Of a DNA stretch of 64,000 nt, positions 12,726 through 25,656 are shown in pieces. The position numbers were made by a program, and so were the translations under genes. The notes under the pieces were generated by a model. The model saw only the letters and a list, made by a program, of their open reading frames with translations, did no database searches and was not told the origin of the DNA. Positions within the stretch are counted from its first letter, which is position 1, and every line of letters starts with the position of its first letter. The DNA is from Mytilus trossulus (Eukaryota), in assembly GCF_036588685.1 (NCBI RefSeq), contig NC_086385.1, positions 38,711,216 through 38,775,215 on the forward strand, written 5' to 3'.

Positions 12726-15700
12726 CAGTGAGTTGACTACGGGTGTTACCGTTTACCTGTAGCTATTGTTTAACCAGATTGAAACATTGACAATACAATA
12801 GGGACATTTAAATTGACCAGTTGGTTTGGTAGATTTGAATCTACCTTGATGCTATCTGTACAGTTTTTTATTCACCTAACCAAATCTTTCCGCATGCTTT
12901 TTTCCTGAGGTATTTCTTATCCTATCACTTCACTTGTTTAATTACTGTTGTAGTACAACTGAGATAGTGTTTTTTAAAACTTATTTATGTTTATAATGGC
13001 ATCAAGGCTTCAATTTTTATCTTTGTTGAAAAACGTAATATGCATTCAGTCTAAATTAGTTTATATGGTATAAATAATACTAAAATATGACCACTTATAT
13101 TTGATAACAAGACCTAAACTTATTTCATGTTCTTACATAAACTAAACACTGTGAATTAGATAAAAAAAAAAATCATGTTTTTTTATTAGAGATTCCTTAA
13201 ACAGGTAAAGAAATTCACATTGTTTATAATTTGTCTTTTTGTTATGGAAATGGATGTTTTCCCTGAAATAATTAATCATTCAAATGCCAAAAAAACACAA
13301 CATTTAGACAGAAAAAGAGAATCTTTTTTACTGTCATTTAACATTTTAGAAGAAGGTAAGCCAGACTGTCTGTTTTAATAAGGGAATTTAATTGCATGTC
13401 ATACATGTCATATAATTTAGTACATTTCCTCTTTAATGTTTTCATAGCTAAATACTATGCGTGCTTAGATTTCTTGTATATTGTTGAATAAAACAACTTC
13501 TTAATATCTCTTTGGCCTTTAAATGGGAAATAACTCAAAATAATTTGTTTTGGACATGTTCCTTGTACAAATTATTAATGTATATTCATACTGAAATATC
13601 AAAATCATATTTGAATGAACTATTTAATTTACTGTACATATTTTATATCTCATCCAGTATTTTATTTTCTTTATCTGAAATAATTTATAACATTTTTTTC
13701 TAATTTTATGAACATGATGAAAGTTTTCGAAGATTTGTTCATGCATATAAATCTCTAAAAAAGGTACATAATTTTGCAATATTTGATTATTTCCATTATC
13801 ACATTTAAAATGCGTATCCTCACTTTACAACAATTTTGGATAAGTTTATTGGTATATTTTCACTATATCAACAATACTTGATTTTATTATATCCACGGTA
13901 TTGCTTTTTTATTTCATTTATATGAATATATTTCAATTAAGAAATATTAGATCCATAATTTTATAATGATTATTTCCAATTTCACAATTATATTATCTAA
14001 ACATTAGGAATATTTTGGAATATTTTACTTTTTCATTTCACTTTATCACTACATTAGACTATATCCACTTTATGAATTTAACATTTTGTTTCATTTCCAT
14101 GATAATTCGTATGATATATATCCCATTTAAACAGGTGAATCACTTTTATAATATATCCCAAAATTTATAATGAATGTGTTGCAATTATTTCTCCTTCTTG
14201 CATTCAAGTTTGATTTTTTTATAACCTTTTAGATAACTTATTCAATATTATGCAAATTGAATTTCCTTCAGTAAACCCTTTTTTTCCACAAAAATCCTCT
14301 TATAATAAATGTCAAAGAAAAACACCGCAAATATCATAATCCAAAATGAAAATCTTGAAGGGAAATTATAAAGAAATGCACAACTTTTAATCCATCTGAA
14401 AATTGGAACTGAAATCACCTGGATAGCTCTTTCATGTGTCACTGACAAATGGACAATCCTATGTATGAGGGTTACAAATTTAAAGATCTGAATCATGTAT
14501 TATTTAAAAACAGTTATCATTTTCATACATACATGACATATAAATATGCAGTTAACAAAATATTTTACTGATTAAGATTTTATAGTAGATTTTAGAAATA
14601 TTATCAATACTGGGGATTTAAAACAATGAAAACCTAAAAATATTTCTACCTTTTCAATTTTTTGATAGAATAATCCTAAGTCAACATGGTCAAGAAAAAT
14701 TTCAGGAAAAAAACATGCTGAAATTTTTAGTTAGGTGAATAAAAAACTGTACAGGTAGCATCAAGGTAGATTTAAATCTTACAAAACCAACTGGTCAATT
14801 TAAATGTCCCTATTGTATTCACGGGTGTCATTCGGTGTATCGAGAGAAATGATCGTGAAAGAATATCTAACGGCGGTCAAGTTTTGAGAGACGATCGTGA
14901 AAGTTCTGGTAACGGATCGTGAAAGGCATTTAATGTACATTCTTGTTCAGAATCTTTGAAAAAATCGCTTAATTTTCCAAATGCGGAACAAATCAAAAGA
15001 ATATGTCTGTCAAAATGGTTTAATTCCTCAACTTAACTGTGGAAGAAGATAAAGAAAATATGACGTACATTTTGAAAAAAACACAAAAGGCGCAGTACGT
15101 GTCTATGAAATTAATTACAAATAACAGGCTTTTTGTACCTATAATGGTCATATTTCAGAATATCATGATATATTTGAAATTTAATCTTTGGTGTATCTGA
15201 AAGTACAGTAAAATTAAAGTATGTTCTTCCATTAAAAGCGTTAATTAGTTTATTAAAAACTTGAATTTGTTGAATTTCCATCAAACTTGATCGTGAAAGA
15301 TCAGGCAATTTAACGTATTATTTCGATCGTGAAAGAAAATGCGTGACTAGACTTAATACTAGTAAGTGTGAAAAATTCAGCTCTGTGAATCGGTCTAGTG
15401 CACTTCATGAAGACCGACACTAGTTAGCCAATAATATGGATATGCAACGTTTAAACCAAAATGTTATCCATCAAACAAAAAATCATAGCAAAAACAGCAC
15501 ATTTCATGTGTCATTTGGGATTGAACGATAACCAACATTTTGTGCAACAGAACTTTTTAAGTTCTTTATAAACAACGCAGATAAGGATTGATTCAAGTAC
15601 ATACTATAGAATACCAAAACGCAAATGCTGTAATGTCTTGTTTGCTTTACTCATGATAGTATATTTGTTGAACGTCTATAATATCAAGGGTTTTACTAGA

Positions 15701-17123
15701 AGTGTCAAATGCGCTTAAGATTGTCAATGTTTCATAAAAAAAAGGTCAAGGTCAGATGAACCATGCTATACAGATCTCTTCAAATATCCCGTACACCAAA
15801 TACATGTGTTCCGATCCTAACAGTGCCTTATTATAGAAACTGACAAATGTAAAAGTTATGCTTGGCCAATTAATTCGAAACATAAGGTCAAAAGTATATG
15901 AACCCTGACCGATAGCCAGACATAGACATCTTACTATCATGTAATAAATCAAACATAATTGAAGTCATCATGGTCATATAAGAAACATGCAGACAGATAT
16001 GTACACCATACACGAAACACCTTGTCGCTATAGCATACAGATATATATTCAAAAGGCCAAACAACATAAAACAAACAATGCCGAATGATGCATGATTATG
16101 AGTTCAATGTTAGTTGAAACCTTGCACAAGTCGAAAATATATACCTTACAATTATAACAACAGACATTTATCCTAAAGTTTAACGAATCCTCGATACGGA
16201 CTTCACCACTAAAATGAATCTTCATCCATGAAATGAGGCAAATCCTGTCTGACGGACATAAGTTCCAATATACAAAATATGGGTATCCTATAACTCATGA
16301 TAAGTGAGTACTTCACATGACAATTAAAAACTTCATCCTACAATCATCCAACTATTTTACAAACAACATGTTCACAAATGCCCAAATAATAATTTTAGTG
16401 AATTTCAGCGTTTTGTCACCCATTGTCTTTTCTTATTGCCGTAGTTGTTATTTCTTTTCATTTTCTGAAAATATTAATACTTTGAAATGCCTAAACTTTA
16501 ACCTATTGAGGATGTTGACCTATCTAGCCTTTCTCAATACCAATAACAAATATCAATTATCTTATAATGGAAGAATAATTTGAACATCTTCGTAGCATCA
16601 GATCTTTCACGATCCTTTTCAAGATCTTCAAAAATGCGGTACGTGATCTTTCACGATCCAAAAAATCAATTTTGTGTAAACAGTTCTTTATTTACCAAGT
16701 TTTAGATTATATTTATACAAAAAAACGTATTTGTTTACATTTTTTATGTCATTGAAATGTCGAGAAGCAATCTGCCTTTTGTCGTTTTGTAATAACTATG
16801 TACTTTTGAAACTGGATATTCTGACATACTGATCATAATGTTGAACCATTTTGACAGACAGTTTTATTTTGTCGTAAATGTGTCTGTGTAATTAATTAAA
16901 TTAGAATATTTACTGACCTTTTATATGTCTTCTCGATTAAATGTCTTTCACGATCCGTTACCAGAACTTTCACGATCATCTCTCAATACTTGACCGCCGT
17001 TAGATATTCTTTCACGATCATTTCTCTCGGTAAACCGAAAGACACCCGTGGTATTGTCACAATGTTTCATTCTGGTTGAACAATAGGTACAGGTAAACAA
17101 TTACACCCATAGTCAACTCACTG
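12726..17123. mobile_element. Non-autonomous Tc1/mariner-type element with ~180 bp TIRs; right TIR interrupted by a second element
   Basis: ta|cagtgagttgacta ... tagtcaactcactg|ta. The left TIR (12726-~12905) matches 14702-14819 plus 17051-17123. Confidence 0.8.
14820..17050. mobile_element. Non-autonomous DNA transposon with CAC...GTG ends and 5-bp TSD (Transib-like)
   Basis: ~115 bp TIRs starting CACGGGTGTC; TSD GTATT at 14815-14819 and 17051-17055; reiterated GATCGTGAAAG motifs in the TIRs and subterminal regions. Confidence 0.8.
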
Positions 17124-17906
17124 TAACACATATACAAGTGCCATTCTATTCAAAATTATGAGAGACTAATATTAAAGAATTAATTATATACAATATTTTA
17201 CATAATTTCAAAACTACATATATCTAAGATTTCAAATTCATCATCAGCTATATACAAATACAAAATTTGTTTTTCTACATAAAATATTAAAGAAGGTTTT
17301 AGCAACTACCTGGCAAAGTTCTTCATTACTGATTTTTTTTTTTTTTTTGTCAATAGACAAGTTAAAAAATTGATTGTTATATTTTACTGATTCATTAAAC
17401 AATACATTTTGAAGGTCTGCATATAAAGGTGTAATACCATAAAATCTTGGTACGTCACATCCGGTTGTATACGAAAGAAGGTCGAGAAAAATATTCCCTT
17501 GAATTTGACAGTTGTACGTTATTGATCCTACATTGCATTGCAGAAAAAAAAAATCTGTGTCATAAACATATGTCTTTGGTATTTCAAAAAGCTATTTTTT
17601 TTTAATTGTGATTTCCATAGAAAATTTTGTATTCTTGAGGTTGCATGGTGACTAAATCTTGTACACAGATAGAATAAGGGGAGAAATTTGATAGGTTAAC
17701 TTCCAATGATGGTTATTTTCTTATTTGCAATAAAATGTTATGTGGAACTTTTCTATAGTACTGGACAGGATAAAACATTACTCATGCCAAGTATTTCTTT
17801 ATTTGAAACAAAGATAAATACTGCACTTTTTTTGAAAAGTGCAAATTTAACAAAGACTAATAGGGGAAAATCAAAGGTGGTATTACACCTAAAGGACATA
17901 AAGTAA

Positions 17907-18122
17907 TTACATGTTTCTCATCTCCAATTTGTTTTTACACATAAAACAAAATCTTTCATTTATTGGCTTATTCTCATATCGTCCTGTTTCTATTTTAAGT
18001 GGCGCAACGCCACATCTAAATTTTGCATAAACACTTCTAAATTTAATATCAAATGTGTATTTAGTTTTATTCAAAGGAGTTTTGTCCAATGTCAAAGTTG
18101 TCTTTCCGATTTTGTTTGACAA
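17907..18122 (-). pseudogene. CR1-group LINE ORF2 C-terminal fragment
   Basis: AKFRCGVAPLKIETGRY...ERFCFMC, the same motif as the CR1 copies at 29381 and 34274. Confidence 0.75.
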
Positions 18123-18144
18123 ATCACTACCAGTTTTATGTCTT

Positions 18145-18915
18145 ATGTGTTTACATTGTTACAAAGATCAAATATATTCCTTAATTTTATACAAGTAATT
18201 GTGTTATAAACATTGTTTCAAAGATTAAATGTATTCCTTAACTGTATAACTGTGTTATAAACATTGTTTCAAAGATCAAATGTATTCCTTAAGGAGGCTC
18301 GCGGGTACAAAAAATTCAGCCAAAAATTAACCATTTGTTTTCATTACAAATTTTATTTATTACCTTGAATAGTTGTTACTTTATCATATGGTACAAAAAT
18401 CATTCCAAAATATCAATTCGTGTTGGCTCCAGGTGACTTTTAAAATGTAGATATCATTGAAAAATCTCCCTTTGGTGCAAAAATGCCATTTTGTGGTAGT
18501 AGAATTGAAATATCTTTTTTCACTCATCGGTGACTCATATTTTTTATTGTTGTTTTCGAATAAGCTGAACATAAACTTAATAATTTAATAAATTTAAGCG
18601 ATTTCTGTAATTTAGTTCTTTTTTCTCTCTCGATATTACCGCTATTTTTCCTATTAGTTCAACAGAAAAAAGGACATTAACAAAAATGTATGCTTCTTTC
18701 GAAGGCAGATTGTGAGCGTAAATGAACGGTGACCCTATTTTTTTATTTCATTTTTCTATTAAGTTTAAGATAAGGTTCATTTATAGAAAAATATAGAGAA
18801 ATCCTAAATTAAATACAGACAGATAATTTAGACCCTCAAGCCTCCTTAACTGTATAAGTGTGTTATAAACATTGCTTCAAAGATCAAATGTATTCCTTAA
18901 CTGTATAATTGTGTA
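18145..18915. repeat. Minisatellite (~51-58 bp unit tgtgttataaacattgtttcaaagatcaaatgtattccttaactgtataa) interrupted by a MITE
   Basis: About four units are visible, on both sides of 18293-18845. Confidence 0.75.
18293..18845. mobile_element. TTAA-targeting MITE with GG termini (Kolobok-like)
   Basis: ttaa|ggaggctcgcgggt ... accctcaagcctcc|ttaa. A second copy in the opposite orientation lies at 58989-59499. Confidence 0.8.
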
Positions 18916-21404
18916 AAAAACTATGTTTAGTGGTTTCTTTTAATATGCTTTTTGATTGATTCAAGCTATAACAATTGATGGTTCATAGTGTGACTTTCTA
19001 TTTTGTGATGTTGCATTAGTTATTCAGATAAAGATGAAGGTTGGAGCCTGTTAAAATATTTAAACCCGCTGCATTTGTATCCACCTGTCCTAAGTCAAAT
19101 AACTGTTATTTAGTGGTTTTTGGTTGTCGTTTGGTGGTTCATAAGTGTTTTGCATATCCGTTTTTTATATAGATAAGACCATTGGTTTTGCCTGTTTGAA
19201 TAATTTCACACTAGTATTTTTTGGATCACTTGATAGCTTGCAGCTGTTTGGTGTTAGCCAAGGATCCGTGTTGAAGGTTGAAGAAATTTGACCTATAATA
19301 GTTTACCCTTACAAAAATGTAGAACATTGGATCGAGTGTTGTTTCATTGACACTCATACCACATCTTACTACATTTTTACAAATATTTGTATGGAGGTTT
19401 GAATTTTAAAAGGTGCTGCTTTGATTTAGTAGAGAAGGTACTTGTTTAAATCAAACATGAAAACCTCAAAATCATCGGAGTTCATGATTTTGGTCAGACG
19501 TTTTGTTCTAGAAACATTACATAATAACATATCTAGTTTAAGGTGTGTTTTAAACTGTAGCTGATACAGTTTCCCATTGCCGGTGGTCCTGCGTTCTGTT
19601 CCTAGCACCATATCTATCCCACTAACTAAACTTTCGAACCCAATATTTCATCTATAACAGATCGCTAGAGAGATGTGTTGGACAGTTTTCCGCTTCTTTA
19701 TCGGAAGAAACATGGAAAATTCATTAAAACACTTGATCTGTTCTTCCCTCATTCTAACATCAATATACATTGGGAAGTACGGACATTTCGAGTTTACCAT
19801 CTTATACAATGCATAGCTTTTTCATATTTGAAGTCTATATCTGCATCTTCAGTTACTGAGGTGCAAGGCTTTTCTATACCATTACATCATAGTTGAATCG
19901 TAACGGTACACTATAATTGTCTAAGCGCTTAGAAAGTTGCCGTAAAAAATCGGTATGATAATCGTAATTTAGTGGCATTTTTCTTGTTTGATAATCAGAT
20001 GGAATAGTAGCTACTGAAGAATAATAAATGTATCTGCAAGCTTTTTAATGGTATTTTGAGTGTAAAAAAGGTCCAGTAAAACGATGACATTAACACAAAA
20101 TAAAAAAAATGAACTTACAGGTTAATATCTAGGACAAGACATATATATATATATATCGATTTATAACAATATGCATAACCTTTATCAATATCCCACATCA
20201 CAAAAGTGGAATCCTTAGCACTTTATTGCTCCAATTAAACGTCCCGTACACTGTACCACATTTTAATATGCCATATGTTTTGCCTTAAATATCGCATATA
20301 TCCAATATCGACATAATCAATAAAAAGTGCAAATTAACCTCCCTTATCCAAATTTTCCCTATAACCACGGTGTGACTGTGGATTACTTCCTATATAAATA
20401 TATAAGTTATAACATGGATCAGATTTTTGATCGTCGACAATATATAAAATGGTGGTTTTTTTTTCAATTCCAGCAGCACGCAAGGAATGACACCACCATA
20501 TCCCCCGTGACATATACATGCCTTACTAATCGTAAGATAACTGACAGTTTTAAGTTCCCTTCAAATGTTTATATTCAGGAATGGGTTCACATTTTGATAA
20601 AAGGAAATAGGGGGTGCTATTACCTAAACGATTATTCTAAAATTCTGCGCCAAATGAACAAAATTTTCCATCAGTAACTTAAATACTTTTATTGATGGAT
20701 ATGAGTGTTCATATTGCCCTTTTCCTTATATTTCATTAGAAAAACATATAGTTTAATCATGGAGTGAAATGTATTCAGGTTAAAATAGCCGTTCATATTT
20801 TTTTTCTAACCCAAAAAGTAAGTAAAAAAGAATATGGTAATTATGCAAGTATAAAAATAAACCTTGTTACCTTCAATATTTTTTCTCTACAATAACTCCC
20901 ATGCATATGTATGAAAGCATTCTTTTCATATACCAAGTATTTATGATTTCTTGAATTAGTGTATTTCTGATATGGCGGAATATGCGCTAGGATTTCTTAT
21001 ATCTTGTAAGAAAAATTAAGGCCACACAAATTTGATATATGTTTTATCTTCGGACTTTTAAAGAACCATATAGGAACATAAATCCATGTTTGCCAATGAA
21101 CTCCGCGTTAACATGTGTCTTACTTCATAACACACAAAGCATCCCAACCTTTCTCTTCTAAAACTGTTATCATTAAATTGATGATGTTAAAATTTATAGT
21201 AAATGTCAGTGACGGTCATGAAGTAGCTAAGCATTTTATAGTTTTTTATGGGCTATACAACTTTTCACACATTCAAAAAGGTGTGACATCAATAGAATAC
21301 CAAACAATATGTCTTTCTAATTCTAAACATGTTTATATCATGATGACATTTGTCTTTAAATGTTAAAATAAACTCATCGTAGATACCGGGACTAAATTTA
21401 GTAT

Positions 21405-21450
21405 ATACGCCAGACGCGCGTTTCATCCACAAAAGACTCATCAGTGACGC
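21405..21450 (-). ncRNA. Minimal type I hammerhead ribozyme motif within an interspersed repeat (~21368-21556)
   Basis: Minus strand reads GCGUCA-CUGAUGA-GUC-uuuugug-GAU-GAAAC-GCGC-GUC^UGGCGU: conserved core, stem I CGUCA/UGGCG, palindromic GCGC loop III. Degenerate copies at ~6405-6448 (-) and ~10715-10762 (+). Confidence 0.75.
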
Positions 21451-24400
21451 TCGAATCCAAAAAAGTTAAAAGGCCAAAAAAAGTACGAAGTTGAAGAGCA
21501 TTGCGAACCAAAATTCCTAAAAATTTGCCAAATACAGCTAAGGTAATCTATGCCTTAAAGTTTCTCTCATTTCCATATTTTGTATCATTCCTAGTTCCTG
21601 GATTTTTTTTGTATTTTAACATAGTCCATGTTTCACCATTTCCAAATTTCCTGAAGCTTAAAGATCAGACCGGTTTCTTTTTTTATGTTGTAGTGTAAAC
21701 GCACTGGATTAAATAAGATCTATCTCGATCGATCTTGTTTGTGCAATGTAAACGAGAACTGGTCTTTTTAAGATCGATTCAAATAAAGATCGATTCAATT
21801 TTGTTGCCAGTGTAAACGGGGTCTAACTCTTGACAACAAAGTGCTACATTTGAGAAAAATGACTAAAAAGATTTTACTTATTTCTGCCATCGCCATTTTG
21901 GGATTTTCTTTATTCCAGTTACGATTATCAGTTTAAAACAGTGCTAGTATTATATGTTATCCTTTTTAAATCTTGATTTACTCGAAGCGTTTTTTGCTAT
22001 CTCACGTGTAAGTGAGTTTACCAAAAAATTAATCTGTTGTACCGTGGTACTGCAATTTTTGGCTGTTGTTCAGACGGAAAACAGGTAATTTAACGACATT
22101 CGTCATAGATAAATATAGAGATAACCCTACTATAACATGTATTAGCATGTCCTATCGTTATCATATGGCAAAATTTGAGGTACTTTGCTAATTTGCATAT
22201 CGGCCATTTTGCCTGATCATGACGGCAGCCATTTCAATAGGATTATATATGCCCCTTTAATAAAAATGCCAATATGCCAATTCCTATGCTGAATCACCAA
22301 TTTAAATGAATTGTACATGTTTTAAGAGTTCTCTTCGTGTACAAATGAATACTGTCTACTTTGAAAATTTTCGGCCTTTTTAGTTTGAAAATCGGAAGCA
22401 TAACCGTAATATACTTGCTATATAAAATAGCGAAAAATCCTTGAAAAATCATAGAAAAGCAATGTTTAAAACAGAAATCAAGATACAATAAGATATTGTT
22501 CAAGATTTGTCTGCATATAGGGACCCACATTGTAAATTGAATATTACAGTTGAATAACTTTTAATTTACCTGCTTTCTTAATTTTTCGGTCAAATTCTTT
22601 TTAAAACGATTATGATTACAACCTTCCGATTTCATAAAAAGTCAAATTTTCAGCTTTTTCCATTAGAATTACACGACATTTTTGTAAATATCCGCCAAAG
22701 GCAATTTTCAAAATCACAAACGTTTTAGATCAATGACGAGAAAGGACTAGGTTATACGCAAATTTGATATAATTTATATTTTCAATCTTAGACTAAGGGA
22801 AGTAATTTTAAATCAAAAGGGGCAAAGTCACGTGCTGTAAATGTAATCATATGAATAAAGTACCCTTGATTTTGCCATATGTAGTACTTTTTATCCGCAC
22901 GTCCTTTAGTTTCAAGATATGATAATTTATTCATTCATTTTGACGAGTTATCGCTAACACGATATATACTGTCAGACGTGTTGAAACAATGAGTTATTTT
23001 TTTTTTTCAAGAGAAAAAAAACCACTAACCTTTGGAAATCAAATACCATTCGCAACATAGCGATCACTCGCGGATTACATGACAAACCTATAAACAAAAT
23101 AAAAGGTGTTATGTGAGCGGTACTTTATTGGGAATACATTATTAATTTTTGTAGTATTAATTATAAATTTTCATTTTAATACACGTATAGAACATATCTA
23201 AACTCATGTGAACAAAATTATAAAAAACATTTGTAGATATCTGTGGTCATATACTATTGCATTCACTGGTATTTAAGAGATAATCGTAACTGGAATTACG
23301 ACTATTCCAATATGGCGACGGCAGATATTGGTAAAATCTTTACAGTCATTTTTCTCAAATGTAGCATGTTTTTGTCAATAGTTACTCAGCTGCAATGTTT
23401 TTCTATACCATTACATCATATTTGAATCGTAACGGTGCACTGGAATTGTCTGAGCGCTTTGAAAATTGCCGTTGAAAAAATCGGGATGATAATCGTAACT
23501 CGGAAAAAAAGATAATCGTAATTATGTTATTAAAAAATGAGAAGATAATCGTAACTGGATATAGTGTTTTATTGATATTGACACTAAAAACGTATATCTG
23601 ATAGCACATGATGAAATTATGGTGATGAATTAATCACGTTACAATATCTTATCTTATTTTTTTTGTGCATATATTATTAATAGTTCGAATGAAAACAACT
23701 ACATACTATTATATCATAAAATTGGAAGGGTGAACAAGCTTCAAGAAATTTGGAAATGGGAAAAACACGAACTATGATAAAATACAGAAAACTCCAAGAA
23801 CTAGGAATGTCACAAATGTTAAAAATGTACTGGGCATGCTTGAATATTGTAAAAATAATGTGCTGTCTGATCTGTCAATTGTTATTCAAAAGGTAGAAAA
23901 GATGCGTGTCTGATTAAAAAATGCAATAAACAAAGATGTATTTCTGAAGATGTATAATTTGAAAATGTATACTGTATATATTATGAAATATGTTGTGAAT
24001 TATATTGTGTATAATATGCTGTTACTAAACTAAACTAAACAAAATATGGGAATGAGCGAAGAGGCAATTTTAAAGGAAGTTATGATATATGTCAATAATT
24101 GACGGGCGAAATGCATGTGTCATCCTACATCAGTTTTGTTATTAAGATAGTTAAAACCATTGATATATACTGAATAACAAACCTATCAAATGTAGTAAAT
24201 ATTGTTTTAAATCATTTATTGCAGGTGGCTATATGTGCTATGTCTGTCCCCGGGAATTCACGGCTGATTCGATTCTAGCCCATACCCTATTATGCCATAA
24301 TGAAGTAGAAAGTTTAGTATTCGCCAGAGACAGTTTGACGAGAAATTAGGAACTACAGTTTTGCACTTTTGGGATATGGGATATTGCTGATCCCCCTCCA

Positions 24401-24565
24401 TTTTATCAACAAAAATAACCCTTAAACGCGCACATAACATTGAAACTTTAAAAGAAATTAAAATGTCTACTTAACACAATACCTGACTCGACACCTGCTT
24501 CATTTTCCATATCTTAATCAGGTACATGTATATATTAAAAGGTTATGCAGTGTGGTCAGTTAGAA

Positions 24566-25656
24566 GGGCGTTTTACAGTAAAAGCTTTTAGTGTGAATTT
24601 TAGACCTAAAAAAATGAAAAATCAACTTGTCGAAAAAAAGATTCTGGAGATATTTTTAATACCTCTATTAAAGACATATTTGTAAATAAAAAGTGCAATC
24701 TTAAATACTCTTTAAAATGATATCATTTAGATAATTTATGTACTGTTTCGTAGGGGAAATTTGTCCACTACGAAACTGCTTTTAAACGCACATCTTTATG
24801 CATTTAATGTCTTCTATAGACATTCCAATTTGTTTTACTTTATAAATTAGAAAGATCTCATGTTTTCCTAAATTTGAGAACCATTTTCTATCGATAAAGA
24901 TTAGACATTACTTTACATATGAACGTGCAACTCATGTTACGTAGTGGACATTTTGATGAGTGTTGAAGTGGACAAAACCGTTTTGATCGTAGTGGACAAC
25001 AAGTGTCGTAGTTGACATCAACCCTATTCAATGTTGATAAAAACATACTGAAAATTTCATGAAACTAACCCTTGTTGTTTGTTTTGAACGAATATAATTG
25101 TAAAAAAGAAAACATCTCCACTACTTGTTTCGTAGGCAACCGTTTTGTAGTGGACATATTTTCATGATTTGTCCCTCACAATCACTCTTTTGCAACAGTA
25201 ACAAAAAAGATTCTATTCACCAAAGCACGTACTTAGCTGTACACTGATATCTTTTTCATAATTTTAAAACCAGATACTGAAGGAGATTTGAACTGTTTCG
25301 TAGTGGACATTAACACACATACGGTATCACTCTGGTTATTTGATGTGCTCTTTTTTTGCCAACAATTCAACTGCCGTTATAAATCATAACTTCTTTTGTA
25401 AGACCCTTATGTTTATATTTCTTGCAAACATTGAGTATAAATGATGAACAGAGGGTCTAGGCACATGCCATTTTGGTTATTTTGAATCATTCAGGAATCA
25501 AAATCTTATTAATCCCTCTAAAAATAGTATGTTTCTTTGCTTAAGAATGTTAAATCATATTCCATATACTGACTGCACAAAAATCACGTGTAAAGATCAA
25601 ACACATTTTTTTTAAAGTGGCTGGGCGAGAAATCACAGTTTTATTGAAAAACGCCC
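24566..25656. mobile_element. Probable MITE with gggcgtttt...aaaacgccc ends and reiterated cgtagtggaca motifs
   Basis: Short TIR match and about six internal motif copies; no clear TSD. Confidence 0.45.

Noticed and set aside
13300-14500. Possible decayed LINE coding sequence inside the mariner-type element
   Set aside because: Too AT-rich and degenerate to assign by eye.
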